DNA of 64,000 nucleotides from Nitrospirota bacterium (lineage in GTDB: Bacteria; Nitrospirota; JACRHJ01). The notes beneath the pieces are model-generated. The model had not been told where the DNA came from, made no database searches, and saw only the letters and a list, made by a program, of their open reading frames with translations. The DNA lies in the NCBI GenBank assembly GCA_963845245.1, contig CAWJRJ010000025.1, positions 1 to 64,000 on the forward strand. The letters run 5' to 3'. Of the stretch, positions 42,016 through 52,421 are shown in pieces (the first letter of the stretch is position 1; the number at the start of each line of letters is the position of its first letter). The position numbers were made by a program, and so were the translations under genes.

Positions 42016-43475
42016 GCGATTTCCTCCTGAAGGTCATGACGCAGGGGTAGTATAAGGCTGAAAACGGAACCTTTGCCCGGTTTGCTTTCGATCTCGACCC
42101 TGCCCGAATGCGCTTCGGCCACGGCCTTTACTATGGCAAGCCCGAGCCCGGTCCCTTTTATCCCGGCCGTCTTCGGTGAGCGGTAGTATTTGTTGAATAT
42201 CTTTTCTTTTTCCTGTTTGGTTATGCCTATGCCGGTATCAGAAACTGATATTACAAGGTAACCGGCGTCTCCGATACCAGCGGTCTTTGCCTTCAAGGCC
42301 ACGCTGCCGCCGGCGGGAGTGAATTTTATAGCATTCTCAAGCAGGTTCCATATGGCGCGCTGGACAAGACGCCTGTCGAGAAGCGCATTTGGCAAGGAGC
42401 CTGTTTTTATCGAGAACCTCAGCCCGGCATTAACGGCCAGGCCCTCCGCTTCGTGTGCAACCTCGCGTCAAAAGTCCGGCAACGTCGACCATCCCGAACC
42501 TGGGCGCGGCCCCCGGCTTTTCAAGGCGGGACAATGCGAGAAAGTCCTCGACCAGCCCGTACAACTTTTTGCTGCTGTTGTATATGCCGCCCAGCATATC
42601 CTCAACCTGAGGGGCGTCGAGGTGGACCCCTTTGTCAAGCATCATCTCTGCATAGCCCATGATCACCGTCAATGGCGACTTCAGGTCATGGGTAACCATG
42701 GCCAGGAAGTCCGACCGTTGCCTTTCCATATTTACCCGGTCCGTAATGTCCCGCGAAGTCTCTATCACCGCTTCCATAACCCCGGACGGGTTCTTCAGCG
42801 GGGACGCCAGTATCTCGTAGAACCGGCTTTCTCCGTCAGGCAGGGTATGTTCGTGGACGGCTATCACGGCCTTACCCGAACTTCTTACCCTGTTCAAGCG
42901 GGCATTCATGCCCTTCTGCCGACGAGCAGGGTGTAGCCTGGTGGTGGAGCACCTTATAGCACAAGGGAGTCTCGGAATCCTCGTGCTCCTTCTCCCAGAA
43001 CTCGCGCGCGGCAGTGTTCATCATCTTGACGTGGTAGTCAAGGCCCACGACCATAAGGGGCTCGGCCACGCTCTCAATGACCATTTGTGTGAAGGTGTGC
43101 GCCTTGTCGATTTCTTTCTCGGCCTTCTTCCGCTCCGATATGTCGAGAAAAGTCTCCAGGAGCACGGTTTCGCCTTCGAGGTCTATATTGCTGACCGATT
43201 TAAGGATGGGAAGTCTGGCGCCGCCGCTGCAAAGAAGTATCTTCTCGGAGAAGTCCACCTTTTGTCCGAGGTCCAGGATAGGGCATTTGCCTTCTTCCGC
43301 CGGGCACACCAGTTGATGACATACTTTGTCTGACGACATCTTCCTCGGACCTGAAACCCATCATCTGCAGGGCAGCAGGGTTGACCATCCTTATTCGGCG
43401 GTCCTTTCCCACGACCATCATCCCGAACTGGACAGACTGAAGGATCGTTTCCAGGGTCTTTGGGTTATGCGCCAT
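42012..43475 (-). CDS. Histidine kinase with two Cys-rich PAS domains (several indels)
   Basis: Pieces in four ORFs: CHQLVCP....KCP, CYKVLH....PC......CP, HDLKSPLT, NAIKFT, GTGLGL. Confidence 0.8.
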
Positions 43476-43647
43476 TTGGAGTGTTCCAATGGTTATTATA
43501 GAAACTAACTTTATAAGTTTATCATAGATATAACTGCGCATAAACTATTTATTTCAGGCCCGCGACATGGTTTAAAAAACCCTTGACCCTCGCCCATCGC
43601 CTGTGTTTTAATTAAAGACCACAATTTTGCTTGATTAAAGAGGAGTT

Positions 43648-44913
43648 ATGGACGATTTCCGGTATCAGGACGGACGGCTTTTTTGCGAGGATGTCCCGGT
43701 TGATGAGGTTGCCGCCGCCGTAGGCACGCCTTTTTATATTTACAGCCATAGCACCCTTTCGCGCCATTTCAGGGTATTTGACGAGGCTTTCGAAGGTGTC
43801 CCGCATATAGTTTGTTTCGCCATGAAGGCAAACTCCAATATCTCGGTGGTGAAGACCTTCGCCGACCAGGGTGGAGGCGCGGACGTGGTCAGCGGGGGCG
43901 AACTGTTCCGTGCGCTCAGGGCCGGGGTGCCTCCTGAGAGGATAGTCTATGCCGGAGTGGGGAAGACTGCAGCCGAGATAGAGTACGCGCTCAAGAGCGG
44001 CATACTCATGTTCAATATCGAGTCGGGAGAAGAGCTTCGTGCCATAGACAGGGTCGCAGGTTCGCTCGGGGTGAAGGCTCCTATCGCGCTCAGGGTGAAC
44101 CCGGACGTGGACGCCGGGACGCACCCGTATATTTCCACGGGGTTAAAGAAGAACAAGTTCGGGATAGCGATCGAGCTTGCGCTGGAGGAATACAAGACTG
44201 CCGCGGGCCTTAAGAATATAGACGTAATAGGCATACACCAGCACATAGGTTCCCAGCTGACGGAGATATCGCCGTTTGTGGACTCGATTACCAGGACCGT
44301 AGAACTGGTGGGCCAGCTGAAGGAAGAGGGGATATCCATAAAATATCTGGACGTCGGCGGAGGGCTCGGCATAAAGTACCTGGATGAGACCCCCCCGCTC
44401 CCCTCAGAGTTTGCGAAGGCAATAAGGCCCATACTCCTCGGGACCGGCTGCACGCTGATATTCGAGCCTGGCCGAGTGCTTGTCGGCAACGCGGGCTGCC
44501 TTGTCACCAAGGTGCTGTACCGTAAGGACACGGGCGAGAAGAAGTTCATAATAGTGGACGCAGGCATGAACGACCTGATCAGGCCCTCCCTCTACCAGGC
44601 CTACCACGATATACGGCCCGTAAGGCGGCGGGAGCCATCCGGGGAAGAAATAGTCGCGGACGTGGTCGGCCCTATCTGCGAGACGGGCGACTTTCTTGCG
44701 AAAGACCGCAGGCTTGAGATACCGGAGCAAGACGACCTGTTTGCGGTGATGAGCGCAGGGGCGTACGGGTTTACAATGTCCTCCACTTACAACTCAAGGC
44801 CCAGGGTGGCTGAGGTTATGGTTTCCGGAGGCCGGTTCGCCGTAGTGAGAAGGCGTGAGACCTTCGATGACCTGGTGTCCGGCGAAGCAGTACCGGATTT
44901 TATGACGTCGTAG
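43648..44913 (+). CDS. lysA: Diaminopimelate decarboxylase
   Basis: FAMKANS, DVVSGGE, HPYISTG...NKFG, HIGSQ, EPGR, GPICETGD, GAYG. Confidence 0.96.
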   Translation: MDDFRYQDGRLFCEDVPVDEVAAAVGTPFYIYSHSTLSRHFRVFDEAFEGVPHIVCFAMKANSNISVVKTFADQGGGADVVSGGELFRALRAGVPPERIVYAGVGKTAAEIEYALKSGILMFNIESGEELRAIDRVAGSLGVKAPIALRVNPDVDAGTHPYISTGLKKNKFGIAIELALEEYKTAAGLKNIDVIGIHQHIGSQLTEISPFVDSITRTVELVGQLKEEGISIKYLDVGGGLGIKYLDETPPLPSEFAKAIRPILLGTGCTLIFEPGRVLVGNAGCLVTKVLYRKDTGEKKFIIVDAGMNDLIRPSLYQAYHDIRPVRRREPSGEEIVADVVGPICETGDFLAKDRRLEIPEQDDLFAVMSAGAYGFTMSSTYNSRPRVAEVMVSGGRFAVVRRRETFDDLVSGEAVPDFMTS

Positions 44914-44930
44914 TATGAAAGGCGGTTCTT

Positions 44931-45446
44931 ATGCCTGACGAAAAAGACCTCTGGGTAGAGCTTGACAGGACCCTCCCCCGCGAAAGAGGGGCGGCAGCGG
45001 CCGAAATGGATGCCGAAGAGCTGTTCAAGGCCGGGTTGTTCCTCCTCAAGAGGGATAAGGTGAAAGAGGCGCTCTCTGCATTCAAACGTGCCCTTAACAT
45101 AAAAAACAAAGAGCCCAAGTACATGTCGTACACTGGTCTTTGTCTGGCGATTGCGGAAGGCAAGGTGAGGGAAGCTGTCACCCTCTGCGAAAAAGCTGTG
45201 AGCATGGAGTTCTACCGTTCCGAGCTCTTCTTGAACCTGGGGCGTGTATATATTGCAATGGGTAACAGGAAGAAGGCGCACCTGGCCTTCAGGAAAGGCA
45301 TGGCCCTGGACAGGGATAACCGGTCGCTCAGGGTGGAACTCGAAAAGATGGGATTCAGGAAACCTCCCGTTTTCCCGTTCTTGGACAGGCAGCACCCCAT
45401 AAACAAGGTCGCAGGAAAAGTGTTGTACCGTCTCAGGCTAAGGTGA
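44931..45446 (+). CDS. TPR protein (tandem paralog 1)
   Basis: TPR helices plus C-terminal GFRKPPVFPFLDR.HP.NK motif. Confidence 0.8.
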   Translation: MPDEKDLWVELDRTLPRERGAAAAEMDAEELFKAGLFLLKRDKVKEALSAFKRALNIKNKEPKYMSYTGLCLAIAEGKVREAVTLCEKAVSMEFYRSELFLNLGRVYIAMGNRKKAHLAFRKGMALDRDNRSLRVELEKMGFRKPPVFPFLDRQHPINKVAGKVLYRLRLR

Positions 45447-45985
45447 CGGGCAAGCATAAACCAGAAAGGCGGTCCTTCAGTATGGAAGAGGATATCAAAA
45501 CCGGCCCGACCACTGAACCCGGCGTCGGCCCGGATCAGTCAGCGATGGCAGCCGAAGATTATTTCAGGGCGGGTATGCTCTTTTTAAAAAGGGAAAAATA
45601 CCGGGAGGCGCTGTCCGCGTTCAGGCGCGCCCTCGACCTCCATGCCCTTGAACCCCGCTACCTCTCCTATACCGGGTATTGCCTGGCACATGTGGAAAAA
45701 CGGAGCAGGGACGCGGTCGACCTCTGCGAAAAGGCGGTCCGGATCGAGTTCTACCGTCCGGAGCTTTTCCTGAACCTGGGGCGGGTATACCTGCTTGCGG
45801 GCAACAAGAGGAAGGCACACCAGACATTCTGGAAGGGTTTCGCCCTGGACAGGGACAACAAGGAGTTGAGGGCCGAGCTTGAAAAGATGGGTATCCGAAA
45901 GCCCCCGGTCTTCCCGTTCCTTGACAGGAAGCACCCGCTCAACAAGATAGTAGGCAAGGCGCTTTACAATTTGAGGCTTAGATAA
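45443..45985 (+). CDS. TPR protein (tandem paralog 2)
   Basis: Highly similar to the previous ORF (LCEKAV..EFYR.ELFLNLGRVY). Confidence 0.8.
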   Translation: MTGKHKPERRSFSMEEDIKTGPTTEPGVGPDQSAMAAEDYFRAGMLFLKREKYREALSAFRRALDLHALEPRYLSYTGYCLAHVEKRSRDAVDLCEKAVRIEFYRPELFLNLGRVYLLAGNKRKAHQTFWKGFALDRDNKELRAELEKMGIRKPPVFPFLDRKHPLNKIVGKALYNLRLR

Positions 45986-46806
45986 TGTACAGGGTCCCGT
46001 TTGCCAAGATGCACGCATCCGGCAACGACTTTATAATAATAGACAACAGGCAGGGTATAGTCTCGGGCGACCTGCCGTCCTTCGTAAAGAAGATATGCAG
46101 GCAGCACTACGGTGTCGGCGCGGACGGGCTGATACTCATAGAAGGCTCGGACAAGGCCGATTTCAGGTGGCGTTTCTATAACCTGGACGGCGGCGAAGTG
46201 GAGATGTGCGGGAACGGCTCCAGGTGTGCGGCGCGGTTCGCATACATGAACGGCATAGCGGGCAGAGAGCTTTCCTTCGAGACCCTTGCGGGCATAATCA
46301 GGGCGGAGATAAAGGACGGCACCGTCAAGGTGCAGCTCACGAAGCCATTCGGATACCTGCCCGATGTCGAGGTGCCGATAGGCGGTGTGAACAAGGCCGC
46401 CAGCTTCATAAATACCGGCGTGCCCCATGTGGTCTATTTCGTCGACGACCTCGAATCCGTGGATGTCATCGGGGATGGTTCCGCGACAAGGTACCACGAC
46501 ATGTTCAAGCCGGACGGCACCAACGCGAACTTCGCGAAGGTGACTGACCCGGGCCGCATGCTCATAAGGACGTATGAGCGCGGCGTCGAGGGCGAGACGC
46601 AGGCCTGCGGGACGGGCGCGGTCGCGGCGGCACTGGTCGCGGGCGCCAAGGGGTTGGTAAACTCGCCGGTCACGCTTATGACAAGGGGCGGGACGGAACT
46701 TAAGGTATACTTTGACTGGGACGGCAGAGAATTTGACAACGTATTTCTTGAGGGCGACGCGGTCCTTGTCTATCAGGGAGCGATAGAGGAAGGCGCGCTC
46801 CTGTAA
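45985..46806 (+). CDS. dapF: Diaminopimelate epimerase
   Basis: KMH.SGNDF, GADG, EMCGNG.RC, NTGVPH, YERGVE.ET.ACGTG. Confidence 0.96.
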   Translation: MYRVPFAKMHASGNDFIIIDNRQGIVSGDLPSFVKKICRQHYGVGADGLILIEGSDKADFRWRFYNLDGGEVEMCGNGSRCAARFAYMNGIAGRELSFETLAGIIRAEIKDGTVKVQLTKPFGYLPDVEVPIGGVNKAASFINTGVPHVVYFVDDLESVDVIGDGSATRYHDMFKPDGTNANFAKVTDPGRMLIRTYERGVEGETQACGTGAVAAALVAGAKGLVNSPVTLMTRGGTELKVYFDWDGREFDNVFLEGDAVLVYQGAIEEGALL

Positions 46807-46808
46807 TT

Positions 46809-46905
46809 CCCGCCTTCTTTAGAAAAGAAGGCGGCCCAAGAAACTTTTAGTTTACTAAAGAGCACGTTTTCTTTGACCACTTTCTTTTTCGTAAAGAAAG
46901 TGGGG
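46809..46905. repeat. Intergenic REPIN-like doublet (copy B)
   Basis: CCGCCTTCTTT..AAAGAAGGCGG-CCCAAGAA...TTCTTTG-CCACTTTCTTT..AAAGAAAGTGG. Confidence 0.75.
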
Positions 46906-46921
46906 TTAGACTTTCTGGAGG

Positions 46922-47800
46922 ATGAAAATGTTTAAAGGCTCGATGGTTGCGATTGTAACGCCTTTTAAGGACGGCAAGGTGGACGAGCAGGCCCTGGGCG
47001 CACTTATTGAGTGGCATATAGCATCAGGCACCGACGCCATCGTGCCGTGCGGCACGACGGGCGAGGCGGCGACGCTCAGCCACCAGGAACATATGCAGGT
47101 GGTCGAGTTCACGGTGAAGACCGTCGCGAAGCGCGTGCCGGTCATAGCCGGTACCGGCTCGAACTCCACCGACGAGACCATAATGCTTACCGCCGCCGCG
47201 AAGAAGGCCGGGGCGGACGCCGCGCTGCTGATAACGCCCTATTACAACAAGCCGACCCAGGAGGGCCTGTACCGCCACTTCAAGGCGGTCGCCGACGCCG
47301 TCGACATACCCATAATCCTCTACAACGTGCCGGGCCGGACATCCGTGAACATGCTGCCCGCGACGGTGGCGCGCTGCGCGCAGATAAAGAACATCGTCGG
47401 CATAAAGGAGGCGACGGCGAACCTCCAGCAGATAAGCGAGATAATCGCGCTCTGCGGCGACAGCATGGCCGTGCTCTCGGGCGACGACTTCACCGTCCTG
47501 CCGACGCTCGCAATCGGCGGCCTGGGCGTGATATCCGTTTCCGCCAACTGCGCCCCGGCCGACATGGCGGGGCTCTGCGACGCGTTCTTCGCGGGCGACA
47601 TGAAAGAGGCCAGGAGGCTCCACTACAAGCTCCAGCCGCTGAACGAGTCGATGTTCTACGAGACGAACCCGATACCCGTAAAGACCGCGCTCGGGCTGAT
47701 GGGGAAGATAACGCCGGAGTTCAGGCTCCCGCTCTGCCCGATGGGCGAGGCGAACAAGGAAAAGCTTGCAAGGGTGCTGAAAGAGTACGGATTGGTGTAA
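46922..47800 (+). CDS. dapA: 4-hydroxy-tetrahydrodipicolinate synthase
   Basis: GTTGE, PYYNKPTQ, LYNVPGRT, GIKEA, SGDD, NPIPVK. Confidence 0.96.
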   Translation: MKMFKGSMVAIVTPFKDGKVDEQALGALIEWHIASGTDAIVPCGTTGEAATLSHQEHMQVVEFTVKTVAKRVPVIAGTGSNSTDETIMLTAAAKKAGADAALLITPYYNKPTQEGLYRHFKAVADAVDIPIILYNVPGRTSVNMLPATVARCAQIKNIVGIKEATANLQQISEIIALCGDSMAVLSGDDFTVLPTLAIGGLGVISVSANCAPADMAGLCDAFFAGDMKEARRLHYKLQPLNESMFYETNPIPVKTALGLMGKITPEFRLPLCPMGEANKEKLARVLKEYGLV

Positions 47801-47803
47801 GTT

Positions 47804-47890
47804 CCCGCCTTTCTTATAAGAAAGGCGGCTCAAAGAACGTTAAGTTGGCTTTCTTTTGCTACTTTTCATTCACCCGAAAGAAAAGTAGGG
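47804..47890. repeat. Intergenic REPIN-like doublet (copy C)
   Basis: CCGCCTTTCTT-at-AAGAAAGGCGG-CTCAAAGAA...TTCTTTTG-CTACTTTTC..GAAAAGTAG. Confidence 0.8.
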
Positions 47891-47904
47891 TCCATGGAGG
47901 TTAA

Positions 47905-48708
47905 ATGGTCAACTGTATAGTAACAGGCGCGGCGGGGCGGATGGGCCGCAGGATAATAGAGCTGCTGATTGAGACGGAAGGCACGGACATCGCCTGCGCC
48001 ACCGAGAGGCCCGGCCACGATATCCTCGGCATGGACGTGGGCGACTTCCTGGGCCTGGGCAAGAAGGGCTGCGAGATATCAGACAGCCTGGAGAAGGTCA
48101 TAGGCTGCGGCGACGTGGTGATAGACTTCACCTTCCCGGAGGCAAGCCTGATACACGCGAAGGCCGCCGCGGCCAAGAAGAAGCCCATAGTAATAGGCTC
48201 CACCGGCTTCAATGACGACCAGCTAAAAGAGATAAAGAAGCTCTCGAAGAAGACTGCCATCGTGCTTGCGCCGAACATGAGCGTCGGGGTGAACCTGCTC
48301 CTGAAGGTGCTTGCCGATATCGCATCGGTGCTGGACGAGGACTACGACATAGAGGTGGTGGAGACGCACCACCGCCACAAGAAGGACGCGCCCTCGGGCA
48401 CCGCGCTGAAGATGGCGGAGGTAATGGCGAAGGCGCGCAAGACCACGCTTGCCAAGTCAGCCGTGTACGAGCGGCACGGGAACATCGGCGAGCGAAAGCG
48501 CGGCGATATAGGCATCCAGACCCTTCGCACCGGCGACGTCGTCGGCGACCACACCGTAATATTCGGCACGATGGGCGAGCGCATCGAGATAACGCACAAG
48601 GCCTCGAACCGCGACGTGTTCGCGCGCGGCGCGGTACGTGCGGCAATATGGGCCTCAAAGAGTGGGCCGGGACTGTATGATATGCAGGACGTACTTGGGA
48701 TAAAATAA
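47905..48708 (+). CDS. dapB: 4-hydroxy-tetrahydrodipicolinate reductase
   Basis: GAAGRMG, IDFT, GSTG, APNMSVG, ETHHRHKKDAPSGTA. Confidence 0.96.
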   Translation: MVNCIVTGAAGRMGRRIIELLIETEGTDIACATERPGHDILGMDVGDFLGLGKKGCEISDSLEKVIGCGDVVIDFTFPEASLIHAKAAAAKKKPIVIGSTGFNDDQLKEIKKLSKKTAIVLAPNMSVGVNLLLKVLADIASVLDEDYDIEVVETHHRHKKDAPSGTALKMAEVMAKARKTTLAKSAVYERHGNIGERKRGDIGIQTLRTGDVVGDHTVIFGTMGERIEITHKASNRDVFARGAVRAAIWASKSGPGLYDMQDVLGIK

Positions 48709-48709
48709 T

Positions 48710-49460
48710 ATGAAACTTGTCAGGTTTTTACATAACTCTAAAGAGGGTTCGGGCATCTACGAGGACGGTGTTATCCATGAAGTGGATAACCTCTTCTGCC
48801 GCAAGAAGACGGGTGCCACGTTCGATTTCAAGGACGTGTCCCTGCTTTCGCCCAGCATGCCCTCGAAGATAATATGCGGCGGCCTGAACTACAAGGACCA
48901 CGCGGCCGAGATGAAGATGCCGCTCCCGCACGAGCCCATCATATTCATGAAACCGCAGACGGCGGTGCTTGAGCCGGGCGGGATAATACGTTACCCGGCC
49001 ATATCGCGCCAGCTGGAATACGAGGCCGAGCTTGCGCTGGTGATCGGGAAGAAGGCAAGGACACGTCTCCGTCGAGGACGCGCCGGGCTACATACTTGGA
49101 TATACCTGTTTCAACGACGTGACCGCGCGCGACCTGCAGAAGATGGACGGCCAGTGGACCAGGGCGAAGTCGTTCGACACCTTCGCGCCGTTCGGGCCGT
49201 GGATAGAGACCGAGCTCGACCCCGGCAACGTTACCGTCGAGGCGTATTTGAACGGCGAACGCAAACAGTCTTCTTCGACCGCGAACATGGTGTTTTCGGC
49301 CTTTACGCTCCTGTCGTTCGTATCGCAGGTGATGACGCTCCTGCCGGGAGACGTGATAGCCACGGGCACCCCGCCGGGCATCGGCCCTATGAAGGCGGGC
49401 GACGAGATAGAGGTCAGGATCTCAGGCATCGGGTCATTAATCAATAAGGTGGCGTTTTAA
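48710..49460 (+). CDS. Fumarylacetoacetate hydrolase family protein (indel near 49060)
   Basis: GLNYKDHA.E, FMKP, YEAELA, NDVTARDLQ..DGQWTRAKSFDTF, TGTPPG. Confidence 0.9.
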
Positions 49461-49492
49461 TAATTTGAGAGTATTACGGGAGGCGATCGTCA

Positions 49493-50725
49493 GTGGCTGA
49501 GACCTACATACAGGGCCTCTTCTCCGGCAGGATAGGCGGGAAGACCTTCGGCAAAGATACGAAGATTTACAAGTTCGAGAAGATAAAGAGGGCGAAGCGC
49601 GCTGCCCTGGCAGAAAACCCCGGCATGGAGATAATAGACCTGGGCGTGGGCGAGCCGGACGAGATGGCGTTCCCCGTCGTGGTGAAGACGCTCCAGGCCG
49701 AGGCCGCGAAGCCTGAGAACAGGGGCTACGCCGACAACGGGATACAGGAGTACAAGGACGCGGCCGCCGCATACCTGAAGAAGGTATACAAGGTAACGGT
49801 GGACTCATCCACCGAGGTGCTGCACAGCATCGGCTCAAAGCCCGCGCTCGCGATGCTCCCCTATGCTTTCATCAACCCCGGCGACGTGGCGCTTGTGTCC
49901 GTGCCCGGATACCCGATACTTGCCACGCACACCAAATACTGCGGCGGCGAGGTCTACCACCTGCCTCTTGAGGAGAAGAACGGGTTCCTGCCGAAGCTCG
50001 ACAAGATTCCAGCGGATGTCAGGAAGAGGGCGAAGCTCCTGTACATCAACTACCCGAACAACCCGACCGGCGCCGTGGCGACACGCGAGTTCTTCGAGCA
50101 GGTGGTAGAGTTTGCCCGCAAGAACAAGGTGGTCGTAGTGCAGGACGCGGCATACGCGGCCCTGGTATATAAAGGGAAACCGCTTTCGTTCCTGTCAGTA
50201 CCCGGCGCGAAAGAGGTCGGGGTAGAGATACACTCGATGTCCAAGGCCTTCAACATGACCGGCTGGAGGCTTGCGTTTGTTGCGGGCAACGAGCGGGTCG
50301 TGGCGGCCTTCGCACACATAAAGGACAACTACGACTCCGGCCAGTTCAAGGCCATACAGCAGGCGGGCTGCACAGCCCTGGCGCACCCGGAGATAACCGA
50401 CGCCATAACCGCGAAATACAAACGCAGGCTCACTTCGCTTGTGAAGACGCTGAAGTCGGTAGGTTTCGATGCGAAGATGCCGGGCGGCTCGTTCTACCTG
50501 TACGTGAAGGCCCCCAAAGGAGTGCAAGGCGGGCGCTCGTTTGCAAACGCAGAGGAGTTCTCGGAGTTCCTGATAAAGGAGAAGCTGATATCCACCGTGC
50601 CCTGGGACGACGCGGGGGCATATGTGAGGCTTTCTGCCACGTTCGAGGCCAGGAATGAGAAGGACGAGGCGCGTGTGTTGGATGAGATAAAGAGCCGCTT
50701 TAGCGGCATGAAGTTTGTATTTTAG
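49493..50725 (+). CDS. dapL: LL-diaminopimelate aminotransferase
   Basis: YKFEKIKRAK, DLGVGEPD, NYPNNPTG, DAAY, HSMSKAFNMTGWR; dap operon context. Confidence 0.88.
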   Translation: MAETYIQGLFSGRIGGKTFGKDTKIYKFEKIKRAKRAALAENPGMEIIDLGVGEPDEMAFPVVVKTLQAEAAKPENRGYADNGIQEYKDAAAAYLKKVYKVTVDSSTEVLHSIGSKPALAMLPYAFINPGDVALVSVPGYPILATHTKYCGGEVYHLPLEEKNGFLPKLDKIPADVRKRAKLLYINYPNNPTGAVATREFFEQVVEFARKNKVVVVQDAAYAALVYKGKPLSFLSVPGAKEVGVEIHSMSKAFNMTGWRLAFVAGNERVVAAFAHIKDNYDSGQFKAIQQAGCTALAHPEITDAITAKYKRRLTSLVKTLKSVGFDAKMPGGSFYLYVKAPKGVQGGRSFANAEEFSEFLIKEKLISTVPWDDAGAYVRLSATFEARNEKDEARVLDEIKSRFSGMKFVF

Positions 50726-50736
50726 GAGGCTGTGCA

Positions 50737-51922
50737 ATGAGAACTGTATACATGGACAACGGCAACACCACCCCGCTGCATCCGGACGTGCTTCCGGCGA
50801 TGCTGCCGTACCTTAGCCAGCACTTCGGCAACCCTGCCAGCATACACGCATTCGGCGAGGAGCCGCGAAAGGGGCTTGCTACCGCGAGGGAGCAGGTGGC
50901 CTCGCTGATCGGGGCGGACAAGGACGAGATACTCTTCACCTCCTGCGGGACGGAGTCCAATAACTTCGCGATAAAGGGCGCGGCCAACGCGCTTGAAGAA
51001 AAAGGGCATGCACCTTATCACCTCGGCCATCGAGCATTTCTCGGTGCTCTACTCCTTCAAGTACCTGGAGAAGCAGGGCTTCGAGGTGACGTACCTGCCG
51101 GTGGACGGTGACGGCCTGGTAAACCCGGCCGATGTAAAGGCCGCGATACGCAAGGACACGACGCTGGTCAGCGTGATGCACGCAAACGGCGAGATGGGCG
51201 CGGTACAGCCGATAGCCGAGATAGGCAAGATAACCAAAGAGGCGGGCGTCGTGTTCCATACGGACGCGGTCGCGTCGGCGGGCAACATACCGGTGGACGT
51301 GAACGACATGAACGTGGACCTGCTCTCGATGGCGGCGAACATGTTCTATGGACCAAAGGGCGCTGCAGCGCTTTACGTGCGGAAGGGCACGAGGATACTG
51401 CCGATATTCGACGGCGGCGTGCAGGAAGGCGGCAGGCGCGCCGGCACCGAGAACCTGTCCGGCATTGTGGGCATGGGCAAGGCAGCCGAGCTTGCGAAGG
51501 CCGAGCTCCCGGAACGCATGCAGAGGATAACTGCGATGCGCGACAGGCTGGTAGGCGGTATCCGTGAGAAGATCGGGCACATCCGCTACAACGGCCATCC
51601 TGTAAAAAGGCTGCCCGGCAACATAAGCATCAGCATGGAGTTTATCGAGGGCGAATCAATGCTTGCTGTTCCTGAACATGAACGGCATCGCGGCATCGTC
51701 GGGCTCTGCTTGCACGTCAGTCGCGCGCTGAAGTCCTCGCACGTCCTGACCTCCATGGGTGTGCCGGTCGAGATATGTCACGGCTCGCTCCTTATGGCTA
51801 TCGGCAGGGAGAACACCGAAGAGGACATAGACTACGTCCTTGAGGTCCTGCCGGGAGTAGTCCAGAGGCTACGTGACATGTCCCCCATGTGGGAGGACTT
51901 CGTAAAGAGTCGAAAAGCGTAA
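50737..51922 (+). CDS. nifS: Cysteine desulfurase NifS/IscS (copy 2; indels)
   Basis: YMDNGNTT, FTSCGTESNN, FHTDAV, FYGPKG, RAGTEN; SSGSACTS in a shifted frame. Confidence 0.85.
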
Positions 51923-51924
51923 GA

Positions 51925-52012
51925 CCCCGCCTTTCTTAGAAGAAAGGCGGCCCAAAGAATTTTGAGGCATAATCGTTTCTTTTGATTCTTTTCTTTTCGT
52001 AAAGAAAAGAAT
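51925..52012. repeat. Intergenic REPIN-like doublet (copy D)
   Basis: CCGCCTTTCTT-ag-AAGAAAGGCGG-CCCAAAGAA...TTCTTTTG-ATTCTTTTCTTT..AAAGAAAAGAAT. Confidence 0.8.
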
Positions 52013-52036
52013 AATTTAATTAAATTAGGAGGAGAG

Positions 52037-52420
52037 ATGGAAGGCTACAGCACTAAGGTAATGGAACATTTCGCGGCACCGCACAACGTAGGCGAGATGG
52101 AAGACGCGGACGGGATAGGGAACGTGGGTAACCCCACTTGCGGTGACATCATGAGGCTCTATATAAAGGTCAAGGACGGCGTCATTACGGACGCGAAGTT
52201 CAAGACCTTCGGCTGCGGGGCGGCGATAGCCACATCGTCTATGATGACCGACCTTATCATCGGCAAAAAGATAGAAGATGCGAAGACCATCTCCAACAAG
52301 GCAGTCGCCGAGGCCCTTGGCGGACTGCCCGCGCAGAAGATGCACTGCTCCGTCCTGGCGGAAGAGGCGCTCCAGTCCGCGCTCGAGGACTTCTACAAAA
52401 AGTACCCCAACGGGAAGTAG
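52037..52420 (+). CDS. nifU: Fe-S scaffold, IscU/NifU N-terminal domain (copy 2)
   Basis: GNPTCGD, FGCGAAIATSS, LPAQKMHCS. Confidence 0.93.
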   Translation: MEGYSTKVMEHFAAPHNVGEMEDADGIGNVGNPTCGDIMRLYIKVKDGVITDAKFKTFGCGAAIATSSMMTDLIIGKKIEDAKTISNKAVAEALGGLPAQKMHCSVLAEEALQSALEDFYKKYPNGK

Positions 52421-52421
52421 G

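Noticed and set aside
47011..47904. Long alternative-frame and antisense ORFs (also 28069-29322, 32143-33183, 35591-36523, 52257-53327, 54782-55762)
   Set aside because: Shadows of GC3-rich real genes, with no independent motifs except where they carry frameshifted pieces already assigned.
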